In this document: positions 12,322 to 28,900 of the stretch, piece after piece
Numbering within the stretch: position 1 is the first letter of the stretch
Layout of the letters: the number at the start of each line of letters is the position of its first letter
Assembly: GCA_043381765.1 (NCBI GenBank)
Contig: JBHJMP010000618.1
Span: 1 to 40,236 of the forward strand
Direction of reading: 5' to 3'
Length of the DNA stretch: 40,236 bases
Source of the DNA: Collodictyon triciliatum
Taxonomy: Eukaryota
Position numbers and translations under genes: made by a program
Notes under the pieces: model-generated
Told to the model about the DNA's origin: nothing
The model's database searches: none
What the model saw: only the letters and a program-made list of their open reading frames with translations

Positions 12322-14768
12322 ATGGCCGATCTTTCTCCCAGCCAACTTGCTGATCTGCGCCTGACATACTATGTTGCCTGCGGATTCTCTTTGATCGGCT
12401 CCCAATATGTTCTATATCTGTTGTGGAACCCAAAGAATCGAACTGTGCTCACCACGCGCTTCGTGTTTTACCTGGCGATTTGTGATTGGCTGACTGCTTT
12501 TGGAGGCCTATTCGGCGCCTTCGGACTGAGCTCACTGGAGGAAGACACTGCAGAAATGGACGATGCTCTCTGCAAAACACAAGGTTTTCTAGACGACCTT
12601 ATGCGCAACATATTTTTGAAGCACACATACTCATTTATTGATTGAATAATGCATTACGATGACTATAATTCACAGGGTTCCTAATTCATTTTTGCAACAT
12701 CGCGGCTGCGTTTTGGAGTGTTTCTATTGCCGTTGTTGTCTATCGGCAAACGGTCCTGCTTGACCTCAATGTGCATAACTATCGCATTCGTTATTACTCT
12801 TACATATCCGTCCCATACTTGAATAGCATAATATTAAAAAAAAAAGAAAAGAAAAGAAAAGAAACCATATTGCGTATGAAGAACAGCTAGGCGATGAATA
12901 TACCTCAACAATCCCCAATCACAATATAATCCCTTTTCATTTTCTTGAATCATATTTGATTTTATTTAAGTAACTCTATTATGGGCTATCTTTTTACCCT
13001 GTGAAATTATTGTTTTCCTTAACTTATTTTACTTCTATATTGCAAAATCAGGTCAATAGGTTTGAACCGTTCTTTCATTTATTTAATTGGGGAGTTCCTT
13101 CAATATTCATGATTATCATTGTGGCACTAAATCAACTCGGTCCACAAAAACTATGGTGAGTACAAAAATAATGAATGAGTAACATTAGGTCTATTGAATT
13201 AAAAAAAATGATACAATATAACAGCGTAATCCAAATTCAAAAAAAAAAAAGAAAGGAAAAGAAAAGAAAAGAGGGGCATCTTAATTTCAGAACATATGAT
13301 AATTTCGTGATGACTTGTATGACATTTAAATAACGATCAAATTTGTTTAACGAATCACTCTATTATTTTATATATCGTAGGTGCTGGGTTTTAGAAGGAA
13401 AATATAATTTCAAGTATTACTTGTTTTACATTCCTATTGGGATTGCCTTGCTTGTCGGAATATTTCTCTATTTTAAAATCCAGAAATTTCTGTCCACTCA
13501 CATAAGAGTAAATTATTACATTTTTCTTGTTAATTATTTTTTTTAAAAAAAGGATCAATTATTCATTTTCGTTTTCTGATTATATAAATAGGTCATTCAC
13601 ACAAATATCATGCACAATTGAATTTTAATATTTGTCTTTCGATACAAGAACCCTTTTCTAAATTCTATCATAATACTATCATTATTATTTTTAAAACAAC
13701 AACAACAACAACAACAACAACCAGGACAGTGAATCTTACGGCTCACTCTTACCCGGGCATTTAATGCTCGAAAAGAGTGTCTCTGACCGGACTATTCAAC
13801 TCTTTTTGGTGTTTTTTTTCTGCTGGTGCTGGACATTTGTCAATCGAGCCTATCATGATATACATAAGGATGATGTTCAAGTAATCATAATATAATTATA
13901 TTGTCATCCTACCAGTGAATGATTCATCATCTGAAATGATTTAAATGCTAGATTAGATTGTCCAATTGATTTCATTTATTTATCTATTTACATATACCTT
14001 TGAACTTATGGATACTCTCTAATAGCTTAATTTTTCTAATATCTATCAATCTAATAATGTCCACATCCGTAGATGACACTTATGTTTTTAAACTTCTCCT
14101 TGACTCCATTGGAAGGGTTTTGTAATGCTGTCATATATGGCCGCATCGCACAAAAGAAAAAAGAGTAAACCCTTATTTTTCTATTTCTGAGTGATGTGTA
14201 TGTATGTATGTATGTATGTATGTATGTATGTATGTATGTATGTATGTATGTATGTATGTATGTATGTATGTATGTATGTATGTATGTATGTGTGTGTATG
14301 TATTTATGTATGTTCAATATCGAAATCCTTATAAGACACTTCACATACAATAGCCAACCGCATCTTAATTTCTAAACACGATAACAATAAATAAATAAAT
14401 GAAACTTCAAACGACGAGCAGAGCGCTGACGAAGCAAAGGATGGTCTTATTCCATGTAAGCCACCCGCAGACACATCACTCCTCACACAACAAATCAAAT
14501 AATTAGAATAATTCAATCGCTAACACGAATAACCGAAATATGTGCACATACACGCATCAGTAAACGCAGCTGCAGGCACATATTCAGATGCATACGTATA
14601 TTATGTTGCCCACTCTAACAGCCGTATCAAAAGGGAACACGAGACTCCTCAAGCGTTGCGTCGTTATTCCGTTCAGAACCGAGTTCGTATGGGACCGCGG
14701 AGAAGGCAGGAAAACCAGAGTGGCAGTCAGAGAGATGCACAAATCCCATTCCCGAGGAGATCGCTTGA
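12322..14768 (+). CDS. 7TM GPCR of the cAMP-receptor-like family (Dicty_CAR / GCR1 / Crl)
   Basis: Exons 12322-12583, 12676-12770, 13052-13155, 13381-13507, 13725-13880, 14073-14164, then tentatively 14422-14455 and 14622-14768. Motifs: SLIGS, RFVFYLAICD, LCKTQGFLIHF, FWSVSIA, FHLFNWGVP, LWCWV, LFYIP, FFFCW..TFVNR, PLEGFCNAVIYG. Without the last two exons the ORF stops at TAA 14166-14168. Confidence 0.9.
14197..14313. repeat. (TATG)n microsatellite
   Basis: Direct reading of the sequence. Confidence 0.95.
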
Positions 14769-15252
14769 GACGAACCCTCTCCCAAAGAAAGAAGAACCTC
14801 CTCCTCTTCCTCGTTCATACCCGTGTGCTTCTACCCCGCTCTCCTCTTTCACAACCACAAAGCTCCAAGACATAAACAGTGAGATTATGCAAGGAAAAAG
14901 AATAAGAGAAAGGAAATGGAAATGGAAATGGAAGAAAAAACAGCTGACTTGCGGAGCACACTCGACGCCACGAGCCATCTCTGAGAATCCCATTTGCCGC
15001 TCTTGCACTTGCTCTTGTTGCTGTTTTCCTTATCCAAACGCTCATCATCACACTCCTTTTTACAGAGGCAGAGAGTCGGTCGAGGCCGCCCACCAGTGCT
15101 TCTCGCTGGCAATCATTTATCCGTCCCCTCTCACTTGCGCCCCACCCTCCCAAGCCCAGCCCCCAGCCGAGAAGCAGAGGCGCCGCCCAAGAGCGACGCA
15201 AAAGAAAAGAAAGAACCATACATAATTTTCCTCTCCCGAAGCAAGGACAGCG

Positions 15253-20141
<4,889 letters not shown>

Positions 20142-20539
20142 CGGCGAACGGCTAGAGTCAAACGCTTTTCAAAAAATGAGAGAAGAGTCGCCCAGGCTAA
20201 AGCGGACGCAACGCCAAACAAGATGAATGGGCAATATGCTTCATGGGCAGTCCAGTGTTGTCTCTGGTGCTGCCAAAGGTTGTTGTCGGTCGCCCAATGA
20301 TATTCTGGCGTCCAAGGAAAAGCCGATCGTCCTCACCGGATAGATTGGAGAAAGAGCTGCCTAATGTGGAGCGGTGTCTTCACAAACAGTGAAATCATAC
20401 CAAATCAGGTTCATAGTTTGATTCGTATCATCGCGAACGCGGATTGTTCCTGTGGTTGTGTGTTTATCAAAAGGATGGGTGCTGTCATTTGCTGGGCAGG
20501 CTTCAGATACATTTAGTATTATTTTTGAGAAAAAGTTGT

Positions 20540-20975
20540 TTATTGCTTCCAAACTGTGATTGCGTCTGTGTCGTACGCAAGAGCAGCCAGATACCTTTTC
20601 TCTGGTCCGCAAAACTGAATCCCGGTGAGAAGGCGATCTTTGACGTTGGAGGAGAAGATGCAGTTGACCTGGTTAGGATTGCAAACACACAGGGATGAGT
20701 TCCTTCAGATAACATTGATGTAAATACCCATAAAAAATACTGGGGCAGAAAATATGCCGCTGTAAATAGGCGTGTATGTTGGGGATATAGTTGAGTTTGC
20801 CTTGAATTGCCCATCATGTGGCAGAGACCAAACATTGACAAACGAGTCTTCGCTGACAGTAGCACACTGGGACAAGAGGATCGAACATGAAGGGGGGAAA
20901 GGGGATGAGCATCTTTTCATACGAATTTAAATGTACAACTTCACAATACTCACGTAACCGCGGATGGGCTGCGAA

Positions 20976-21072
<97 letters not shown>

Positions 21073-23254
21073 GTGGGATAAAAATAAAGAAATGCAATGG
21101 AGATTCACTATACATACAAATTTTCCGGATGGGTGGATGTCCAAGCCATTGATATAGGCCCTAAGGAAGAAGTTTATTCGATTTCAGGGAACATGTTAAA
21201 TCACTCCATGGCATACCAAAAGAAAAAAAAAGTAATAAGCGCAGTTTTGAAATATTGAAAGCAGGGGGAAAAAACACAAAAATTCCAAAAGCAAAAGCAA
21301 ACCCATGCGCCGCGATTTCCATCAACACACGAAGAGATTTTGCACTAAAGATTTTGATTTTTCCAGACCCGTAAGAGGCGATGATACTATCGGTGTGAAA
21401 TCCGAGGCCTGTGCAGGGGTCTCTGCAATTACGAGAAGAAAAAAAAAGAGAAAAGAAATTATCAAATCATCTCAAGAAACGTAAAGGTCGTATTTCAATC
21501 ATTGAACCTCTGCCAAATCACAGCTTACCCGTTCCCAGCGATTTTGCCACAGCTAAAATCTACAGCGTTCCATACGAAGATATTCCCGCTATCATCAGCA
21601 CTGGCGAAGCGAGTTTGGTCACTAGATGATTAAGAGTAATATTGTAGTTTTATTATTTATAAAGCTAGAATATTACAAATGGTATTAACTGTACATAGAT
21701 TTGGATTTTTACACAGCTAATCCTTCATTTTCATTGCCATTATTTATTATAAGCCAGAGTTTGTCTTTTACAGAAGGATATTCATTAAACCGCTACCTTT
21801 GGGAGGTGGATATTACTGTGACAGGAGAGGAATGGGCCTTGGTATTCAACATCCCCAATTTATGTTTTGTTACCAAGAAAACGTAAAAAGAACGCAATAT
21901 GCATAGTCGAAATATCAAATCACATTAATGTATATAAAAATACCACTCGAGATGCTTTGAAAGAGACAGACTTTCCAGCTTCAAGGGTGACGATATCTCC
22001 GTACGAGGTCCCTACAATCATGATATTATGACAAATAAATAAGAAGATAATCACTCAATCCAGAAGACATATATGGACAAAACTGTTATTTAAATCAAAT
22101 GGAATGTCACTGTGGAAAGCGGACGATTTACAGCGTACCAACAAGTATATATGACCGCTCCCCAACAGCAGCGCTGGATATGCCCCGAGCAAAGAAGGAT
22201 TTCTTTGGATCTATCGAAGAAATAATTGCCCAGATGGGTCAGAAGCATGATAGATGTAGCATGAATATATGCAATGATGGTATTCTACTTGCAGGTAATT
22301 ATGGAACGATTCCGTGCGTAGGGAATAATAAGGAAACAATATAAATTAGAACAAAACAAAAAAACAAAGAGGGTATCTGACGCACTATATACCTTTTTTT
22401 GTCTCTTCCAATGGGTGATAAAGTAATATCTTCAAGTCTGCACTGTTGAAGACCTATATAGGAAATATTGGCGATCATCGCTATAAACAAATCCTGGAAA
22501 TGCTATATTACACGTTGAAATCTTGCCATACTCAAGTAGACAAAGCAAATTTTGCACCTGAATGCCTCCAATCGAAGCCAGAACAAGAAAGCCGGATTCT
22601 CCACCAGGAACATATTTAATCTAAAAAAAAGAGATACCAAGCAAATGAAACGAAGTAAGTTACCGTCGAGTAATACTGTGATGCTCAGGGACAAATGATT
22701 TCTTGGTTTAGTGATTATTTTACTTCATTTTGCACATACTTCGGACTGATCGTGTGAAAAAAGGCACAGGTTTTGTTTCATAAACATACCGATTGACCCA
22801 AACGACCGTCCTTTGAAGAAACCTGACCTGTAGTCGAGTGGATTGGCCGTTCGAAGTTTTGCTCTGAATATACAAGAACCTCGGATCCGTGGATGTAGGC
22901 AACACTTTTGCCGTCGCTTTGGAAAAAGTAATATTATTAAAAAAAAAAAAAAGGAAAATAAAAAAAGGAAAATAAACTTGACAGGAGCAATAGAAATCGA
23001 ATATTGCGGCGAAAAATGGCGAGCAAGTGAAGTGAGGCAAGTTTTTTTCTTTTGGGAGTCGGTGGTATTAAGAAACCGCTTCGCACTCCTTGAATCGAGT
23101 TGTGTAAACCAGAATAGCAAGTTGCAAAAGATAGCTCCGCAGAAGGGGACAGTTTTGAGCGCCACTCTCACCTGGTCAGATTATTGAACAGACAAGACGG
23201 TGTTGCCTTCAGGGCAAGGTTAAGGACTTGCTGCTGTGTCCAGCCTGTCGCCAT
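20540..23254 (-). CDS. WDR54: WD40-repeat protein, WDR54 homologue, multi-exon
   Basis: Spliced pieces in order: MATGWTQQQVLNLALKATPSCLFNNLT, GFLVLASIGGIQ, FFARGISSA...ILVGTSYGDI, AHSSPVTVI, SADDSGNIFVW, DPCTGL...IIASYGSGKIKIF...EIAAH, INGLDIHP, TVSEDSFVNVWSL, DRLLTGIQFC...ALAYDTDAITVWKQ*. The motif order follows WDR54 as I recall it (LCNNLS, FARGI, TADDSG, AAGYGNG, GEDTFVHIW, TGYD). Confidence 0.85.
20975..21072. repeat. (AAT)n microsatellite in a WDR54 intron
   Basis: Direct reading of the sequence. Confidence 0.95.
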
Positions 23255-23865
23255 TTCCTAGTGCTGGGTAATCAACAAGTTTGTTTCGGCTTTTCTTTCT
23301 TTCTTTTTCTTTCCTTTGGCTAACTGATCTGTGTTATTGTGTATGAACCCAACACACCAATGATGGAGGAGACTATGGCCGTGATTCTCACAAAAAAATA
23401 CCCACTCCGATAATATTTGGCGATAGACTTTTTTTAGAAAGAAGTAGATTATTTGCATAGTGTATCTATAAATGGAAAATATAATTTGTTGTTCGTGGGA
23501 GGGCGAAGAGAGCCGAACGACAGAATCCCACAGCATCGTTGCCACAGCCGCAAGCTCGGGTGGGCAGATTGGCAACATATGCACCAGCTTGATAATTTGT
23601 ACGTATTGAATGCACTGATATAACTCCAGTCCGTCCACATGGAACTCAATTAAATGTGATCACTTCCAGCAACAAAAAGAAAAAGAAAAAGAAAAAGAAA
23701 AAGAAAAAGAAAGAGAAAAATGAAAAAGAAAAAGAGAATGAAAAAGAGATAATAGTTGAAAAGGAAAAGAGAAGGAAAAATAGAAAAAATAGAGTTGGAT
23801 GATACTCGGGGCATCCCCTTCAAATATCACCAGCCTTTATCGATGGGCTTCTTGTTTTTAATATT

Positions 23866-24654
23866 TTACTTTGGATCGGTGATAAGGTCTGGGTCGCTCA
23901 GGGACCAATCCTCATAAGACCCGTCTGGGAGAAAGCGACGTATGATGAGAGGCAGTTTGCGCTGTTGGAGCTCCAGTCTAGCGATTTCGAGGGGGTCGGT
24001 CTCTCCATTCAGCTGGACCATCGGAGGCGCATTCATGCTATCGGCATATATAGTTCATACAGATAAAAGATGGGTGTACTGTTTGGTATCCTCTAGACAT
24101 ATACTGAATACACGCTACGAATTCGAGACAAGGACCAAACCTAAGCTGCAGTGCCCGCGTACCAAGGACACGAGCGCGTTCGTATTTGGTCAGGTAGTTT
24201 GTTGTTTTTCTACTTCCTCTGTTCTGATTCAAGTTGACGGGATCTTCCTCGATGATCAGAGGAGGGATGCTGTGGTGGCCAACAGATTAGTTTGCATGAG
24301 TTCAGAAAGATAATAGTCCCAGGTTACAGACTACCATTACAACATAAGCGCAGGCAAAGTTTGTTTTGAGATAAAGAGCCTGAAGAAAAGAGCGCTTTTG
24401 GCTTGCGTTTCGGTCTATGAAATTAAACCTCTCGTCGCTCTCCTCGTTGCTCGCGGTTTCCTGTTAGGCAATGGTTTGGTTTCAAAAATAAGAAAAATGT
24501 GTTCAGTGATAAGAAGATATCTCTAATGCCCAGCGCGAGGCTTTGTCGGATATTATGTGGTGGAGGGTTTTTTGGGGATAGAAACAAGAAACACTGGGGA
24601 ATAGAAAAAGACCTCTAGAGACTCATCCTCGGAGTAGTGGTCTTCGTCATCCAT
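23866..24654 (-). CDS. RPB6: RNA polymerase I/II/III common subunit RPB6 (RPABC2)
   Basis: Acidic N-terminus [14 protein letters not shown], then [68 protein letters not shown]. Four exons; TAA at 23866-23868. Confidence 0.97.
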
Positions 24655-25952
24655 GATTCTAGTGTACTTTAGCGACTTGTTAAACAGAGCGAACGGGCTT
24701 CAACATTACTCACACGTAGCCCAGCCAGCCATCTAAGTGGCGGCGGCTCTCGCACCGATTATGTGGGCGTTCTGGTTCTTTGGAAGGTTTTTTTGGGGCT
24801 GATTTGCAGTGATCACAGTTGATCAGTTTAAAAAGCATGACCTTATATACATCTGGAATTTACAACAAAAATACCATAATTCTCATTAGAAGCGAATTTA
24901 CAGCCACATTCTTATGTTTTATGATTGCAATTGTATTATTATAACAAAAAGACACAGCAGATTGAGATTCGTGCTATGTGAGAAACGACATTGCTCATGA
25001 AACCACACAATGAACCCAATCAGAACATCGCTGAGGGCTATTGAGAGATAACCTTCGAAGAGTTCAGTGGCGCGAAGAAGCCGTGGGCATCGCAAGAACA
25101 ACGGACGAGACCAGACAGAAAATCACAGAACTGGACGACATCGAATAGAGTCTCGTGTCGAGCACTTGTGCTTCATTGCTCTCTTTGTCTTATGCTTTCA
25201 CTCGCTGTGAGAAACCTGCATCCAGATGGCCTTATAACCAAAGCTAGACGCACCGGAATGCTTTTGTTGCTGTGTCTGCCTGTATGCTGACCAATTTGCA
25301 AACCGATGTATGCACAAACCTCCAAAAAACATAAAAAAAAACGAGATTTTCAATCTGAGCGTCATATATCAAAGAAATAATAAATAAAAAAAAGAGACCC
25401 TTTTTTTAATTCATCTGTTCTGTTCTTCTGCATCCAGGATATTCTTTTATTATTTCCCCTGGATTAGTGAAAATACGAGACACTCATTCCGTTTGGAGAG
25501 ACCACTGTTTGTTCGAGAACCCTGTGTCACGCCGGAATGGGCTTCTATGGGATCGAGAAAGGCAATTACAAATACATCGTTTTTCGGCATTCTTATTTTT
25601 AGCAAACATGATTAGAAATGATTGGGTAGCGTGCGCCTAGTTTTCATGAACAAACCGCGTTTCTTCCCTTGATTGAGTTGGTGTGCACTCTTGAGAATAT
25701 GAATATGTATTCCTGATGAAATAGTCGCTATGGTCTGCATCGTACTGGCGATGCTGTGGATATGGAGTTCCGCGCTGGCTCCGTGGTTGCTGCAATTACA
25801 CAAAGATGGTAAGAAACAAAAAGCAGCACCAATCAAATATGGGCGTGCTAGAATGGTAGTTTCTTTTTTCTCGATAAAGGAAATAATGATAAAAATCAGA
25901 AGAATCCATTTATTTTATGATATTTTGGTTGATTGTACCAAAGCGGCGGCCT

Positions 25953-28900
25953 CTACTTGTTTTGATAATTCTTTGATTAAGTTGTCTTTCATCAGCAGCT
26001 CCTCTCTCAGCTTTTGATTCGCTTGTTCATAGAAAGCCTGATTGCGTAGTTCATATTCATAATTTTTCTGGGTGCGACTTGAGTGTATGTAAATAGCGCA
26101 TATAAATGTTCATTGAGCTCTTACTTCGCGAGAGAATTCCCTCGCCAAATTGCGAGACTTTCTATCTGGCACATGAATCTCTGACGATATCACCTTGCTG
26201 CTGCTGCTCTGAACCTAGACAAATGGATAAAACATGTGCGATTTTAAACAAACTGGTTGCCAGTGCTGCTGTTCCTTGTTCATGCGCCTAATAAAGGACA
26301 TTGCAAAATGACTATCGTTCCCCAAGAAAATCATTATCAAATGCACTTCAAATCGCTGGAGGCGAGCCTTCAAATGACGAATTATATCATCGCGTTGCCG
26401 GATTTGGGAGGATATGTAATCAGCGTCGTCAACCGAACCCCATGTGCACTGTTGAGTTTCAGATATAATTGAATTCATACGGCAGGTCCTACATACAGAC
26501 AAAGCACACATATCTTATTATTGTTATTCTTTTTTTTATACCTGCAAGAAATAAATATCAAAATTTTGCGATAGTTCTATGTTCTTTAGTATTAGTGCTA
26601 TATTCACTCTATCTGCAGGTGTTTGCACAGTTACCTAAGCCTTGATATTGCCAGAACACCAATAACGATGCATTTGAATGTTGTCCGCTTTTTCATAGAC
26701 TTTTGCGGAAGAGAGGGATTACTCATAATGCGTGCTCTAGGATTTACTGCGTCTCTAAGTATGATTTCATTTTTTAGTCTTCCTTTTGCTCGAAGTAAGA
26801 TTGCAACTTCTACTCTGGTTCATACAAATTAAATTTTTGAGAGTGTTAAGTAGCGCATCATGGAAAGACAAGATACAACAAATAATTATAAAATAATAAA
26901 ATAATAAAATAATAAAATAATAAAATAATAAAATAATAAAATAATAAAATAATAAAATAATAAAATAAAAAAGAAAAGTTAAAGAGAACGAATGCGTGGT
27001 TATATTAATTTAATTTATCGATTGAATATAGAGCACATACAAAAAGTGTTGCAGCTCTAATTGATTTGTTAAATATTTTTTCTGCTCGATCAAGCTTGTT
27101 CGTTGGTCCTGGAGTTTGAGAAGAGCATTCTGCGCGAACTTAAGTTCCTGTCCAATAGTATGCTTCATTTTGTAAATTTACATCTAATTCATCATATATG
27201 GAATATATGCTCCGAAGGACAAGACGCTGATGATTTGAATTATATCCTTCAGTTAATAACTACAAACCTTTATCAAATAGCCCACATTGTTTTGTTCTAT
27301 AATTTAAAGTATGCATCATAGCGTTACATGAAAAGATATTTAACATCATAATGCCAGTTTTGCTCTAATAATATATGACACTACTTTTTCCATAGCAAAC
27401 ATTTATCTATATTTAACAATATTGAATATCTGATTACTTTCTGTCAACGTCCGCACATATTCGTGTATGTATTCCATCCTCTGTATAAGAGGATATGTGC
27501 TCATATCAACTTTCAAAACAAGGAGGATAGAATCAGTTATATGCTGTAACCTACAAATAAAAAAATGAAAATGAAACTTGGGGGTAAACCCGAAAAAAGG
27601 AATAAATTGTAAAGGATATGACGCAAACAGTATATGTCAAACAGTGGCCAAAACAATTTTTTTTTTATTTTTTTAGACTAACTCAGCGAGAATGATCTGG
27701 AGCTCAGATGCTTGCTTTTTGAATTCATCGACTTCTTTAGGTTGACTCCCACGATATGTATCGGATGACCGTTTGGACTTCTGTTGAATCATAACCAAAC
27801 GCAAAAAGTTAAATAATTGAATTATTCAACTAAAAAGCAACACAGAAGCTAAATGAAAACATAAGGCATATAAAGTATGATTTGAAGAAATTGATGAATC
27901 CATACTCTGTCAGTTGTAGGTTGGAATTCGTATTCATATTCCAGATATTCTGAATTCACATTCACACGATGACTTGCTGAAAGTTCTTCAGAGGGAGGAA
28001 CAAAACCGTTTCTGCCGATGCCATCATCATTCTCTCCATACTTTTCGAGAATTTTACGAAGCTGTTCCTCGATACTCCTAAAGCGCAAATAATTATTATT
28101 CAGATATAGAAAGAGTACGATGGTTTAAATAAAGAACATATATCTTACAGGCTAGCCTCTTTATTGGATTCTTCATCGCTAGGTCTATGGATTGGGAATG
28201 AGCGACTTTTTGTGAAAGACGATATCGAACGGCTGACGGCAGTATCAGCGGTGGATATTTGGTTAAAAAAGAAGTTAACATACAATTAAAATATCAAAAA
28301 TGAATTAACAGAAATCGCATGTGATTCAATTACCTTGATGATTTGCTTTGGGTTGGTCCTCTCTCAACAGTAGGGATTTCATGGAAAGAAATACCCAAGA
28401 CTCTTTTCCCGTGTTGAGCTTTCAATCTCTGGATTTCAACGGTCAAGTCACTAGTCAAGTGAATCAAATCTAATTTACAGGGATAAAATCTGATGTCAAA
28501 CTTGTGAGATTGATTGAAATAAAAGGCATCCATTAATATATTTCATACTTGCAGATTGTCATAGAAAGTATTAACCCTTTTGCTGTTCCATTAAAGCGTT
28601 ATATTGGTGCTGAACACTTTGCGCCTTCGTGGCCTCAAGTTTTACTTCCTCTTCACATTTTTTTTCCAGCATCTCAATTTCCTTTTTCCACGTTTTCTTT
28701 TCTTCTTCAAAACAAGCGCGCTCCATCTCATAAACTTTCTTCTCTCTGTCCCAATATTCCCTCAGTGAGACCAGCTCTCTTTGAAGGTTTTGATTTATGC
28801 TTTCCGGGTAGGATGTTTTTGTACTTTCCGGTTGATACTGAGCATCTAAACGTGTGTGTTTAAATATGGGGTAAATTCACCTGGATTAAGCAATCCAATT

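Noticed and set aside
14542-15225. 227-aa plus-strand ORF as a separate gene
   Set aside because: Non-ATG start and no motifs; a different frame there fits the GPCR terminal exon, and the rest looks like converging 3' UTRs.
23258-23649. Short ORFs between RPB6 and WDR54
   Set aside because: No recognisable motif or splice chain; probably UTR or promoter.
25010-25290. Alternative genetic code suggested by TGA/TAG interrupting coding-like text
   Set aside because: Long exons elsewhere read through without stops under the standard code, and TAA, TAG and TGA all end genes here.
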